In this document: positions 37,730 to 50,944 of the stretch, piece by piece | Layout: each line of letters opens with the position of its first letter | How positions within the stretch are numbered: position 1 is the stretch's first letter | NCBI RefSeq assembly: GCF_006345805.1 | Contig: NC_043006.1 | Location: forward strand, 40,238,001-40,302,000 | Source: Octopus sinensis | Taxonomy: Eukaryota | Length of the DNA stretch: 64,000 nucleotides | Direction of reading: 5' to 3' | Made by a program: the position numbers and the translations under genes | The notes under the pieces: model-generated | Databases searched by the model: none | Told to the model about the DNA's origin: nothing | The model's input: the letters and a program-made list of their open reading frames with translations, nothing else

Positions 37730-38001
37730 CAGTAATCCCTCGACTATCGCGGATGTTACGTTCCAAAAATCCCCGTGATAGGCGAAAATCCACGAAATAG
37801 AAACAGTACTGTACTGTATTTTTTTATTTATATAATTTGTATATATTTATTTTATTATAAATGTAAAACAACATCACGGAGGAATCGACGTAAGCTTAAC
37901 TAATAAACCGCGATAGGTGAACCGCGATAGGTGAACCGCGATAGGTGAACCGCGATAGGTGAACCGCGATAGGTGAACCGCGATATGGCGAGAGATTACT
38001 G
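37730..38001. mobile_element. Tigger/pogo-like MITE with 14-bp subterminal tandem array
   Basis: TIRs CAGTAATCCCTCG / CGAGAGATTACTG|TA; (CCGCGATAGGTGAA)x5. Confidence 0.75.
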
Positions 38002-38129
38002 TACTTCAGTAGGTTGCATCTTGTTTGTAGTCCGTTTCACCAGAATAAACACGGAAAGTTTTATTTATAAACATTGGTGTGTGTGTGTGTGTGTGTGTGT
38101 GATCCACTTCGGAAAAGAGGATATCCTGA

Positions 38130-38578
38130 AACTCACATACTCCCCTCCTTCAAATGAAACTCTCATGGCAGCCAACAACATCAGAGACTTGGGAGTAATT
38201 GTGGACAACATAAGCTGGGCCGTTTATATAAACACCAAAGTTGACATGGCCCGCGCAGAATGTGATCCTGGATTCTCAGAACCTTCCAGTCGAGAGATAT
38301 CCAAACCATGATCCTTCTCTTCTCTACTTTTGCTCGACTCCATCTTGAATACTGCTGTCCACTGTCCCCACACGAAACAAAGTATCATGAAAATTAAAGA
38401 TAGATGACATGACAGGCCTTGGCTATTGGGGTCGACATTACACCAAAACACATTAAATCAGAAACAGACCCCATAACGTTCAAGAAGACTTTGGACAAAT
38501 TCCTTCAAAAAATTCTGGATAAACCTCCAACACTTGGATATGTCGCCATAAACAATAACTCTTTCCTGGAGTAGGCCA
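38130..38578 (+). mobile_element. CR1/L2-clade LINE 3' fragment
   Basis: IRDLGVIVDN..WILRTFQSRD..RLHLEYCCP in shifted frames. Confidence 0.75.
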
Positions 38579-38685
38579 TGTCTGATTCATGATTTGAATG
38601 ACTTTGCCAGGTGGCGCAATTAAGTTAGACATGGCCTGGGCTAATACTGGCCGAAACGTATCAAAGTGTGTGTGTGTGTGTATGT

Positions 38686-38729
<44 letters not shown>

Positions 38730-38750
38730 TCATATATATTTATATATATA

Positions 38751-39130
38751 CGAGCAAAACGCCCCCCCCCCCGTCCATTGGACGGTGCTGAGTTGTCAAA
38801 CATTTAAACCAAATTTTCTCAAAACAACTTGTCCGACCGTCCCATAGGCCTCCCCTTTGAGAAACACTGATTTAACCTAAATTTGAGACACCAGCAAAAG
38901 AAGAAATAAAGATAGACTTTTTTCTATTCCAAAGAAAAACGATTTTATTCACTTTATCGATCGCATTCTCACCTGGAATCGATTTTTGTAATTTTTCAAG
39001 ACTTATGCACGCCCTGATACCGTCGGTATCTACATACCAAATTTGAGCGCAATCGGATGGAGGATGCTCGAGATCCTAGAAGACACACACACACACACAC
39101 ACACAGACAGAACGGATTTTATATAATAGA
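38751..39130 (-). mobile_element. Non-autonomous Helitron-type element
   Basis: 5' TCTATTATATAAAA..(TG)n; 3' hairpin CCGTCC-AAT-GGACGG ending CTCG; A|T target. Confidence 0.55.
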
Positions 39131-40438
39131 TATACAATGTATGTATGTATGAGCGTATATATACATACACACAGAGATAATAGACGGACAGACAGACCGA
39201 CAATCATAGATTGTGAGAATTGCAGAGATAAATATAAGTAACAAAGTCGTTAACGAAATCTGGGAGAAGAGAATGGTAGAAAGATAAGGGAAAAAAGATG
39301 GAGCGTAAAGAAGAAAAGTGAGAGGTATGGTTTAGAAGGAAGGAAAGGAAGAGGTATGGAGAATAAGGATTAGAAGTGGAAGGCAGAGAAGGAGTGAGAA
39401 AATGTGAGAGAGAGAGGGGGCAGTAAGAGAGAGAGAGAGACTGTTGGATGTTCAAAATTATCATCTCAGTTGATCTCAAGGGACCCTTTTGGAAGCTCAG
39501 ATGAGAAGATATGAAGATAGCGACACGCGAAAAGATTATAGAGGTAACTGTTAATGAAGAACCAGGGAGAATTAGAATATAGGCAAGAGACAGATGAGCG
39601 AGTGGAGTGTGAAATGAAAGGGAATCGCGAAGAGAAAGAAGAATGGAAGAAACGAGGCAGAGCGCGGCAATAAAAGTTTCTAATGAGAGTTAGGAGTAAA
39701 GAAATCGGATAACTGAGGATGTGTGACAAAGAGCTACGAGAATATTACTCAAATGAAAGTGAAGAATGAAGAGAAAGAAATGTGACGTAATACAAAGAAA
39801 TGCGGCAATGTTAAAGGATGAAGCTCGCGGACAAAGAGATGAATGGCGAGCAAAGGAAGGAATAAAAGCGGTTGAGAGAATATTAAATGAAACAGGTGAT
39901 AGAAGTATCGAGGGACATCGTAATATAGTGAACGTGAAGTAAGCAGAAAATGACAGGATGCAGCGTAAATAATTTAACATTTCCTCCCAAACAAGTACAG
40001 CGTGTCGCTGCAAGCGATAATTTAATGTAAAGCGTCATTTTTGCGGAGTGAAGAACTTTCTTGCTGAGAGTCCCAGAGATAGGCTTATTCAATAAGTGTT
40101 GTCATAAAAGTAAAGTTCACATTTTTTAACGGTGACTTTTTCCGGGTTACTTGAAAGATATTGTGAGCCAACTAGATCATCTTCGTTATTCCAATTTTCA
40201 GAACAATGTTGGATTTTTTTTTTTTGCATCACTAAGGGTTCAGATAACTGGGGTTCATGGTTTTTTTTTCTTTTCTAAGTGCAAATTTATCATTGCACTT
40301 CTGATGTCTACTCACAGGGGGATTTAAAACTGTTTATTCGACTGTATGTTGCCGATTCAACGATAGCTAACGAGACTATATGTTTTCGCTAAGATAATGC
40401 ATGATGTATCTTTAAAAAAAATAAGGCTACTCAATATA

Positions 40439-41005
40439 TTGGGTTGTCCGGAAAGTTCGTGCCGATCTATAGCAGCTTACCTTTCGACTTATTTTAGAAC
40501 ATGGTTTGAGTCCATAAAATAGGATTTGACTACACCTCCATTTAGAGCTCAGTTTAAGCTATCTTTTCGTGGAAGAAGGTTTATGTTCCTATAACCTGTG
40601 TTAATTTTGTAACCCTTTAAAATGAAAGATAAGAAAGTTCATTTTCGGCACTTGATGCTTTGGGAACCAGGCAAAAATTGCTGCACCTCAGCTGGGATGT
40701 GTTACCCCACCCTCCATATTCACCAGATATTGCTCCTTCTGATTTTCACTTATTCAGGTCTATACAGAATAGTCTTAATGGTAAAAATTTTAATTCCTTG
40801 GATGACGTAAAAAGATACCTTGATGAATTCTTTGCCATGAAACCACCTCAATTCTGGGAAGAGGGTATTTTCAAGTTAAAGGAAAGATGGAGACGCATTG
40901 TGCAACAAAATGGTTCATATTTGGTTGATTAAAAATGTAATGGCAAGTATTTATTGACATTTTTCTTTCCTTTAAAAATCGGCACGAACTTTCCGGACAA
41001 CCCAA
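40439..41005 (+). mobile_element. Internally deleted mariner (567 bp)
   Basis: 28-bp TIRs TTGGGTTGTCCGGAAAGTTCGTGCCGAT with TA TSD; MKDKKVHFRHLMLWE joined to WDVLPHPPYSPDIAPSDFHLFRS. Confidence 0.95.
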
Positions 41006-41703
41006 TAGAATTGAGAAAATAATATTTACGCAATTGAATGCAAAATGGTATGTGTGTAACAGGAAACCTTGCCGAGATTCGAACCACTAATCTTTATATT
41101 ACATTTGCTCGCGGAAACCAGTCGTCAAAGCATAGCTCTTCGTCGAAGGCCAAAGTTTACAATACACTAGCGAATTCCGACTGTTATGAAAACAAACAAT
41201 TATAGAATACGTGGTGGTTACACTCCCTATGCGCATGCGTAGCATCTTTGGTTAATATAGAAACAGAGTTCTTCGCAATCAACTATGGAACACGTGATGC
41301 TTCTTTGCTTAATATGCTAACAGAGCTTCACTGTGATGTGTGAAATACTCGCTTCTGATTAGCTAAAATACGCAGATTTTGCAAAGTTTAATGGCTATTA
41401 ACTTTTATGTATTTATAAGGAAAATTAATTTCATGTTCATGGTTAATATACAAAACTTAATCCATATATCAAATTTGAAAACAATTGGGACAAAATTGTG
41501 GACAGTGACGATAACCAGAAAGATCCATTCTTGGGGAATATGAGAGTGCGAAGATGATCACTATGAATGAGTGTGGTAGCATGTGTGTGTGTGTGTGTGT
41601 GGTAGTATCAGTGCACGTGTGTCTGTGTTAGTATTTGTATTGATTTGTGTTTTTACCAGCCACCGAGCAGGTCGGTGGCTGGTGTTTGATTCCGTGGGAG
41701 GAG

Positions 41704-41739
<36 letters not shown>

Positions 41740-41894
41740 ATGTGTGCGTATAAACGACAGGCTTCCACAATTTCCGTCAGCTCGGGGCCGTAGCAGAAGA
41801 CATTTGCACAAGGTGCTGCGTTGTGAGACTGAACCCGAAACCACCTGGTTGCAAAGTCAGCTTCCTAATCACACAGCCATGCCTGCGCTTATAT

Positions 41895-42082
41895 ACTCTT
41901 TTACTTGTTTCAGTCATTTGACTGCGGCCATGCTGGTGCACCGCCTTTAGTCGAGCAACTTACTCTTTCGGTCTCTTTTGCCGAACCACTAAGTTACGAA
42001 CACGTAAACACACCAGCATCGGTTGTCAAGCGATGTTGGAGGACAAACATACACACACACATACATACATACATACATACAT

Positions 42083-42122
<40 letters not shown>

Positions 42123-42169
42123 ACATACATACATACATACATACATACATACATACATACATACATACA

Positions 42170-42205
<36 letters not shown>

Positions 42206-42208
42206 TAT

Positions 42209-42285
<77 letters not shown>

Positions 42286-42286
42286 T

Positions 42287-42328
<42 letters not shown>

Positions 42329-42485
42329 TACGACGAGCTTCTTTCAGTTTCTGTCTACCAAATTCACTCACAAGGCTTTGGTCAGCTCGAGGTTATAGTA
42401 GAAGACACTTGCCCAAGGTGCCATGCAGTGGGAATGAACCAGGAACCATGTGGTTGGTAAGCAAGCTTCTTACTACACAGCCATA
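41895..42485 (-). mobile_element. SINE family A with large (CATA)n/(TA)n expansion
   Basis: Sequence match; source of many spurious ORFs. Confidence 0.9.
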
Positions 42486-43336
42486 TACAAGAAAATAGAT
42501 AATTATTCTCTAAATAGTACACACACACATACACAAACATGCATGCATACATACACTTAAACAGACATACAGAGACACACAAAGAAAAAGGAAAGAATAA
42601 TAATAAAGCAAATTTTTTAAAGAAATGAAACGTGGCAAGATGCTATAAATTTCATCAATACCTTGACACTTTACTTATTATGACCACAATTATTCCTAAT
42701 CCATCCCTAACTTCTTCTTGCCTCCTCTCTCAATATCTCGCCATCAAATATATTATTGGATTTTGGCAATCTACCGTCTTATTATTGGATTTCTCAGGAA
42801 CAGTCTTTACGGCTGTTAAGACCTCTACAAGACATGCCGCTTTGATTGGTTGACCTCTTCTCTGCCATGTTTAATAAGATTTACGAAGTATTAGTAAATT
42901 TTTCGCCGAAATAATACCAAAAAAATTTCCTTTGTGATTTACCGAATCTTCCGCGCCATAGACACATATATTACTATAGAAGCGAGCAGCTATGACTAAT
43001 AAGAAAAAAGATAATATATGAATAAAGCATCTAAGAACTATAGAATATTTTTTGACCAATAGGAAATTCATGTAAGACTCAAGTTTAGATACTTTTTTTT
43101 ATGTCATTTTATAATTATTTATTTTTTATTGCTATGTACAATACACACTAAAGCACATATACACAAACATAGGTGGCAAGATGGCAAAAGTGGTAGTATG
43201 CCGGACAAAATGCTTAGTGTTATTTCTTCCGGGTTTATTATCTAATTTCAAAATCCGCCGAGGTTAACTTTGGTGCTTTTGGTGCCTCCAAAGGATGAAA
43301 GACAAAGCTTTGTGAAATGAGATTAAAATTTCTGGT

Positions 43337-43758
43337 TACTCTCTTTTACTCTTTTTACTTGTTTCAGTCATTTGATTGGGACCATGCTGGAGCACCGCCT
43401 TTAGTCGAGCACATCGACCCCAGGACTTACTCTTTGTAAGCCTTGTACTTATTCTGTCGGTCTCTTTTGCTGAACCGCTAAGTTACGGGGACGTAAACAC
43501 ACCAGCATCGGTTGTCAAGCGATGTTGGAGAGCCAAACACAGACACACAAACATATACACACACACACACACACACACATACATATACATATATATGACG
43601 GACTTCTTTCAGTTTCCGTCTACCAAATCCACTCAGAAGGCTTTGGTTGGCCCGAGGCTATAGTAGAAAACACTTGCCCAAGGCGCCACGCAGTGGGACT
43701 GAACGCAGAACCATGTAGTTCGTAAGCAAGCTACTTACCACACAGCCACTCCTACGCC
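43337..43758 (-). mobile_element. SINE family A
   Basis: Sequence match. Confidence 0.9.
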
Positions 43759-45578
43759 TCCTGGCATTCTTATGTCCAGCTGCGAGGAAGACTATCAAAG
43801 GTCTTCTTGTAGCCTATCCAAGCCACTGAAAGATGTTTTTTTTTCCTGTGACAATTGCCCCGAATTATTTTGTTAATAAGCAGTTGATCCATGTCTTCTC
43901 TATGGCCCACGTTTACAGCCTTCTTGTTTATCAAGGAAAATGTTGATAAAGAGGAACGCATCCGTGCGTTCCATTGGAACAGATACAAGAATCTTATGCA
44001 CTGTTGCAAGGTATGTTATGGGTCTGTAGTTCTTTTGAATTGGCCAGCCATTCAGGGGTCATCTGTGGTTCCTTCGTAATTACGTACGACAAATCAGCTT
44101 TGTAGACATTAAGTTAATAGTTTGAAATCTTATTCCTAGCAAGTGACTTCCATAACATCATCTCCATTGATTTCTTCCCATATTTGCTCTTCTGCGAGCT
44201 CAGTGTTTTGTTTTTGTCTATTAATGGAACATCAGAGTTATGCTCCTTTTCCATTTTCCAAGCTTTACTTCAGAAGTCAAGTATTTCGTTGCTCTGATGG
44301 GACTTCTATTTTGATGGTGCACTTTCCAATGTGTCTACAGAATTTCCTTAGGTTATTTTAAAACGCATTGCTATCTTTGAAGAACCTGGATTGATTTTCG
44401 AAGGGGCGTATGCGCGCATTTTTGGTCTTCAATTTGTTTTAAACTCTCCATTTCTTCAGCAAATTGATGTTCAGACTTTTTAATTCATATTTTCTCATCT
44501 TTCTCTTTTTATATTATGATTACTGCTTAAGTTTGCAAGCATTTTTATATCAGTTTGAAGAGCATCGATTTGTTTGTTTCTTTTTCTTACCACGTTGGTC
44601 TTTTTCGAAAACCTCCCACTTCCTTTTTCAGTATTGCACCATACTTTTGGTACAAGTTGTACCAGCAGCCTGGAGTAATTTATTCAATGATGTGACATCT
44701 AGTTCATTTTCGTTTATGATGGATTTAAGAATCGTGTTCAACCTAACAGATTATTTTGGCATTTTTTTATATGTTGCAAATCTTAAGAAGGTCGCTGCCT
44801 TCCTTCATGCCTTCATTTTGGACCTTGCTCCATTCTGCGACTATTTGCTCTTCAAGTTTTGTCACACTATTTGTCCTTATATCACCATTATTATTTATTT
44901 CCGATAAGTTGTTGATAATTTCATTAACATGTTCTGCAGTGGTTTAATCTTCAGAGAGTATATTTAACTTGTTTCCTCTCGAAAGAGCTGTTCTTCACTC
45001 CTGCTCCAGAACGTCGGCTGCGGGGTCACTCCGAAAAGCTCTATCTGTGACGATTTCATCTCAATCGAAGGAGAGGGGCTTTCTCCGTCCGGGTTGCGGA
45101 TCCGTGGAATAAGCTGCCGGACGAGATAGTGAAGATGCCGACGACCGCTCGGTTCAAAGTCTCTCTTGACCAGAAATGGCATGAACTCTTTGCATGAACA
45201 CTACCCTGTACATAACTCCATGCCCCCCTACATGGCCTTGCTTTTTGCTTTTTGAGCCAAAAAATTAACTTATATTATCGTGTATGTAGAGTTATTTACT
45301 TCTTACTATGAAAGTGTTTCTGCTTCTACTCTGACCATCGTGGCTTTTGTCTGTTAATTTGTGACATGTATTAACTAGGTTGTTTCTGAAATCGGTACAT
45401 TTTCTTTTATTGATCAATTTATTTTTTCTTAACTTAGCTTTTGTTGGAGCTCCTGGAGTCTTCCGTTCGTAGAGGTCTTCCTACTTGCAGCCTAAGGTAT
45501 GATGCTATCTGTTCTTTGCAACTATCCAATACTTTCCTCATTCTTCTGGCCATACCAAGAAGGCAAACCTGTCTCAAA
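43759..45578 (-). mobile_element. R4/Dong-clade LINE, 5' part into the RT domain
   Basis: DQLLINKIIRGNCHRKKKHLSVAWIGYKKTFDSLPRSW; 5' end abuts (ATT)n at 45579. Confidence 0.75.
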
Positions 45579-45601
45579 TATTATTATTATTATCATCATC
45601 A

Positions 45602-46255
45602 AGGCAGCGAGCCGGCAGAATCGTTAGCACGTTGGAAGAAATGCTTAGTGGTATTTCGCCCGTCGCTACGTTCTGTTTTCAAATCCTGCCGAGGTTGACC
45701 TTGCCTTTCATCCTTTCTGGGTCGATAAATTAAGTACCAATGAAACACTGGGTGTCGATGTGATCGACTAGTCCCCTCCTCCAAAATGACTGCCTTGCGG
45801 CAAAATTCGAAACCATTATTATTATGATTATTAGGCAGAATCGTTAGCACGCCGGGCGAAATACGTAGCCGTATTTCGTCTGCCGTTACGTTCTGGGTTC
45901 AAATTCCGCCGAGGTCGACTTTGCCTTTCATCCTTTCGGGGTCGATAAATTAAGTACCAGTTATGCACTGGGATCGATGTAATCGATTTAATCCCTTTGT
46001 CTCTCCTAGTTTGTCCCCCTCTATGTTTAGCCCCTTGTGGGCAATAAAAAAATAAGAATCGTTAGCACACTGGACGAAATGCTTTGCGATATTTCGTCTG
46101 TCACTACGTTCTGAGTTCAGATTCCGCCGAGGAATTTGAACTTTGCCTTTCATCCTTTCAGGATCGATTAATTAAGTACCAGTAAAACACAGGTCAATGT
46201 TATCAACTAGTCCCCTCCCCAAATTTCAGATCTTGTGCCTATAGTAGAAAGGATT
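45602..46255 (+). mobile_element. Three tandem SINE family B copies
   Basis: Repeated GAATCGTTAGCAC head and family B core starting near 45602, 45835 and 46056. Confidence 0.85.
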
Positions 46256-46747
46256 ATCATTTTTATTGAGTGAGAGAGCAATGCATGCCATCAAAGTGAC
46301 ACTGGGGTAAAATATGCGAAGCCCAGTGTCCCCATCATGACTACCTGTCTCATTAAGAGTACACCAGACATATGCATCACAATCATATGTGCCCGACATG
46401 GTGATCGCGTACCAAGATAAAGAATGTATGACCTTGCAGGTGGATCCAGTTAGAATTTTCTTCGGGTTGAGTAGCCTATCCCACTGAAAAGGTCCTTGAA
46501 TAAGGTTTGTTTAGGGGTGTTGAACGAAACACCCATGTTTCCAAAGGTGAATTGTCCAAACCCCAAAGAATTCCTCTCAACACATGGCTATGAAACTCCG
46601 CACAACTCCTGCGCGTGATCAGAGATGCACATATCGTCAGCCACTAAAGGACATGCTCAACTGATTACGGTCAAACACCTGACAAGCAAATATGTGATAT
46701 TGAGCAGAATATTTGTTGTAGTCCATTTAATTTTTATTATTATTATT

Positions 46748-47091
46748 CAGTAGTTTTATTTTTATAACGTGCTTTCACTTCACTACCGAGCGCAGCTCTG
46801 TGTGCCTTGGGTATGTGCTGTGGTTTGCTGTGATGCTCTCATGGTTACTGCATTAAAAGTGTTTTGCGTAGGATGTGTGCGGTGCCCAGTAATGCAATTT
46901 TCTGTATGTTATATTATATTTATAAGTCCTGGTGTTTTTGTTATGTATTTGTCTGAATATTTTTCTATCATACCTAATGCGCCTACTACGATAGGAATTG
47001 TTTCTGTTTTCAGATTCCACATTCGAGTTACCTCTATTTCCAAGTCTTTGTATTTTGAAAGTTTCTCCATTTCTTTTAGAGAATCTATTGG
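46748..47091 (-). mobile_element. R4/Dong-clade LINE 3' fragment
   Basis: LKEMEKLSKYKDLEIEVTRMWNLKTETIPIVVGALG; (ATT)n on both sides. Confidence 0.85.
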
Positions 47092-47389
47092 TATTATTAT
47101 TATTATTATTATAAACAAACAATTCTCCTCTATGCGTTTGTTTACAACAAGAAACGTTTAAACAGCCATTACTTAATGAAACTAAATATCTCTAATAATG
47201 AATACTTTCTTACCACAATTACACAAAGCCTGTATAATTATTTTCTACGACGACAAACTTTATTAATCATAGATAATTGTTAACTGTGATCAATATTGAA
47301 TTAGTTAAGCTTCATTATCGATAAACTATAACTAATATAATGAATACGCGCTTCATATATTTCATTAACAAGCTAATATATTTATGTAA

Positions 47390-49106
47390 TCTCTCTATAT
47401 ATATAAAACTGAGAATGTGTGTCTGTCTGTGAGTTTCCTTAAAACTTAAGAACTACACAACCAATTTCATTCAAATTTTACACATGCCTTACTTAGAGTC
47501 CGGGGAGTGTCATCGGCAAAATATTTTTTAACTTTTTGCCTAGGGCGAGCCCACAGCAATATCATATCTTCTCCACTACGATTCCCTAAAACTTGAGAAC
47601 TACACGACCAATTTCATTCAAATTTTAAACATGCCTTACTTAGGGTCCATGTAGTTTCATGGGCAAAAAAATGTTCAACTTCTTTCCTAGAGCGAGCCCT
47701 TAGCAATATCATATTTTCTCCACTATTTCAGTATTACATGTTAAAAATGAAACAAAAACATTTCTCTGTTTTATGTCAGATGCTTTCACTTTAACAATAA
47801 AAATAATAATAACAATTGAATTATATGTAGTAAGTAATAATTAAAATCAAACTAAAATATAATATTATCGTAACATAACAAAAGTAAAAATAGCAATTGG
47901 TATAAAATTGCATCAGTGACTTGAACTTGAATCAGTGGTTTCACATGAATGGGAATAAATAAAAAATAAAATTTAAGTGCAGAAATGGAATAGTCCAGAT
48001 GGAGGTGTGCACGGCTTTTACATTAGATTATTTGCTAATTAGCTAGCATTAAGTATCTATATGAAGTTTGGCTGTATGTAATGTCTGTTTTCTCGAAAGA
48101 TGCTTCTACTGAGTACTGGTTTATTTCTGATCCATAAAGGCCTATAGCGTCAACAGAGTACTGCTTTTTGGTTTACCGTAAGGTTTGTTGTTATTATTAT
48201 TTTTGTTTAAATATTTTTATTACATTTGTTGGTTCCTCGTAAGGGAAGCGTTGTTGTGTTGCATTTGTTAAATAATTGTAAACCGTAACTCTCCCCCTTT
48301 CGGAGAAGGGGCTTTGATTATTGTTTAAAAATTGAATTGTGTCCCTGTTTGGGGAAATTGACAATATTTTCACCATTTACACGGAAGCAATTTTGTTAAA
48401 ATGTCTTCGATAGAAGAAAATCCAAAAATGAATTTCGCTGCAGCCGTCGGCGGGCGCGAACTCATTGAAATTAAAATGGAAGAAATACGGATTGATCACC
48501 GACAAAGACGGTGAATCTAGGATAACACCACCAAACTAAATAAAAAATTAAAGAAAAGAAAAGACTATTGTCTATAAAGTATACAATGTAGAGAAAAAAA
48601 AAAGATTTGAACACCTGGAGGAAAGCACCATCGTAAAGTGTCTTGGTGCGACTATGAAAGATATCAAATATCTAACCAGAGGCAGTAAATTCGCCACAAT
48701 AGAAGCAATGTTCGAGTCAACAGAGCGTGCAAGGGAGTACTCGACTCGAACCTTGCAAACTGGAAATATTTTATTTTTACCTTTATATCTGGGACGTAGG
48801 ACGTCCCGGATAAAAATTAAAAATGTCTCCTACCAAAAGTAGAGGTAGGCTGGATTGTAGCTACACTTCTATACAAGAAGGAGGACAAGATACAATGGAT
48901 CGAAATTGCAAGAGACGGGCCTACAATTCCAGTCTGTTATATATTTTCAGTATTGTTATCACTAGCGATATCAAGATATAACTTTGTATTTTGTATTTTA
49001 TGTGTAGATGTATATATAGAGATGTACATGTAATATTTACACATATATATACACATATATAAATGCACTAGCACTATGACCCGGCAACGACGGGTCATAG
49101 TGCTAG
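47390..49106 (+). mobile_element. Non-autonomous Helitron carrying a Tx1 5'UTR/ORF1 fragment
   Basis: A|TCTCTCTATATATATAAAACTGAG 5' end; hairpin and CTAG 3' end; ORF1 remnant from 48401. Confidence 0.75.
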
Positions 49107-50020
49107 TCTCTCTCTATATATATAAAACTGAGAATGTGTGTCTGTCTGTCTGTGTGTTTCCCTAAAACTTGAGAACTACACAACCAATTTCTTTCAAGCC
49201 TTAGGTCCGGGGAGTGTCATCAGCAAAAAAAATCTTAACTTTTTCCCTAGGGCGACCCCACAGCAATATCATATCTTCTCCACTATTTCAGTATTACGTG
49301 TTAAAAGTGAAACAAAAACATCTCTCTTTTGTAATGCAGACACTTTCACTATTAAAGTGAAAGTATTATATAACAGGGATGAACCATTAACAATGGTCAT
49401 CCATTTTGCTAGAAGAAGATCCGCTATGGTCTTATTTGCTACACCACTGGTTTTCAATTCATATTAATCAAATTAATATTCAATTTTTCACCCTTATTAT
49501 GTGTGTGTGTGTGTGTGTGTGTGTGTATTAGCAATTCGTATAAAATTGCATCAATGACTTGAACTTGAATAAGTGGTTTCACATAAATGTGGATAAATTA
49601 AAAAGGTTTGTTGTTATTATTATTACTGTTTGACTATTGTAATCACGTTTGTTGGTTCCTCGTCAGGGAAACGTTGTTGTGTTGCATTTGTTAAATAATT
49701 GTAAACCGTAACACTCCCCCTTTCGGTGAAGGGGCTTTGGTTATTGTTTAAAAATTGAATTGTGTCCCTGTTTGGGGAAATTGACAATATTTTCACCGTC
49801 TTAACGGAAGCATTTTTGTTAAAATACCTTCGATAGAGGAAAGTCCAAAAATGAATTTCGCTGCAGCCGTACACTTCTATACAAGAGGGAGGATAAGATC
49901 CAATTGATCAAAATTGCAAGAGACGGGCCTACAATTCCAGTCTGTTATATATTTTCAGTATTGTTATCACTAGCGATATCAAGATATAACTTTGTATTTT
50001 GTATTTTATGTATAGATGTG
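49107..50020 (+). mobile_element. Second head-to-tail Helitron copy with internal deletions
   Basis: Begins TCTCTCTCTATATATATAAAACTGAG directly after CTAG; homologous to 47390-49010. Confidence 0.75.
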
Positions 50021-50695
50021 TCCTATTTGCACTTTAACTTGGGGGGGGGGGTCCTAAACTCCAGAAGCTTGCTGCATGTCTCTCACAGCTGTTTCCACTT
50101 AAAATATAGTCAGAGTTTGTCCGTATCACCTAAAATTAGCGTCACAAGAATTTGATAAACTACATTCATTTCTCTTCTTTGACTCTGCTATTTATTAAAC
50201 AACACGTTGGTTTCAGCAATTATCGCCACATTTTTAAAAATCTATCTTATAGAACACCTGCTTTCACAATATGTTAAATGTTAATATTTCACATCATTAA
50301 ATATGCCTCGCAACTCCGAACACGATTTTAGTTTTCGTAAATATGTAAAAACAAATGAATAATTCTATTGATGATTCTCTTCCCCAAGCAGATGGTATTG
50401 TATGTACTTTCAAAATATACATAAACGGCATTTATATATTTTATAATTTTTTTATAAACATCTCTCTCTCTCTCTCTTTCGTTTCATTGAATTTAACCTT
50501 GAAAATGTAATCCATCGGAATTTATAATATATAGAAAGATAAGCGTTTTCTTTCTAACTTTCAAATAATATTTCGAAAATATATTCGTAGCAGTGGCTGT
50601 TGTGGTAAGTAGCTTGCTTATGAACTACATGGTTCTGGGTTCAGTCCCACTGCGTGGTACCTTAGGCAATTGTCTTCTACTATATATATATATAT

Positions 50696-50907
50696 TTCTT
50701 TACTACCCACAAGGGGCTAAACAAGGACAGACAAAGGGATTAAGTCGACTACATCGACCCAGTGCGTAACTGGTACTTAATTTATCGACCCCGAAAGGAT
50801 GAAAGGCAAAGTCGACCTCGGCGGAATTTGAACTCGGAACGTAACGACAGACGAAATACGGCTACGAATTTCGCCCGGCGTGCTAACGTTTCTACCAGCT
50901 CGCCGCC
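50696..50907 (-). mobile_element. SINE family B (another copy at about 51658-51884)
   Basis: Sequence match. Confidence 0.9.
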
Positions 50908-50909
50908 TT

Positions 50910-50944
<35 letters not shown>

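Noticed and set aside
37908-37985. Regular short repeats suggesting a CRISPR array
   Set aside because: No spacers, 14-bp unit, eukaryotic MITE context
39260-39920. Long purine-rich tract as a possible E/K/R-rich coding region
   Set aside because: Degenerate GA-rich low-complexity sequence with no long + strand ORF in the supplied track and no splice support seen
41905-42398. Many 60-125 aa ORFs rich in YI, HT, CV or MYVC (also near 23.8, 28.9, 31.5 and 34.5 kb)
   Set aside because: Translations of (TA)n, (CA)n and (CATA)n microsatellites, often inside SINEs
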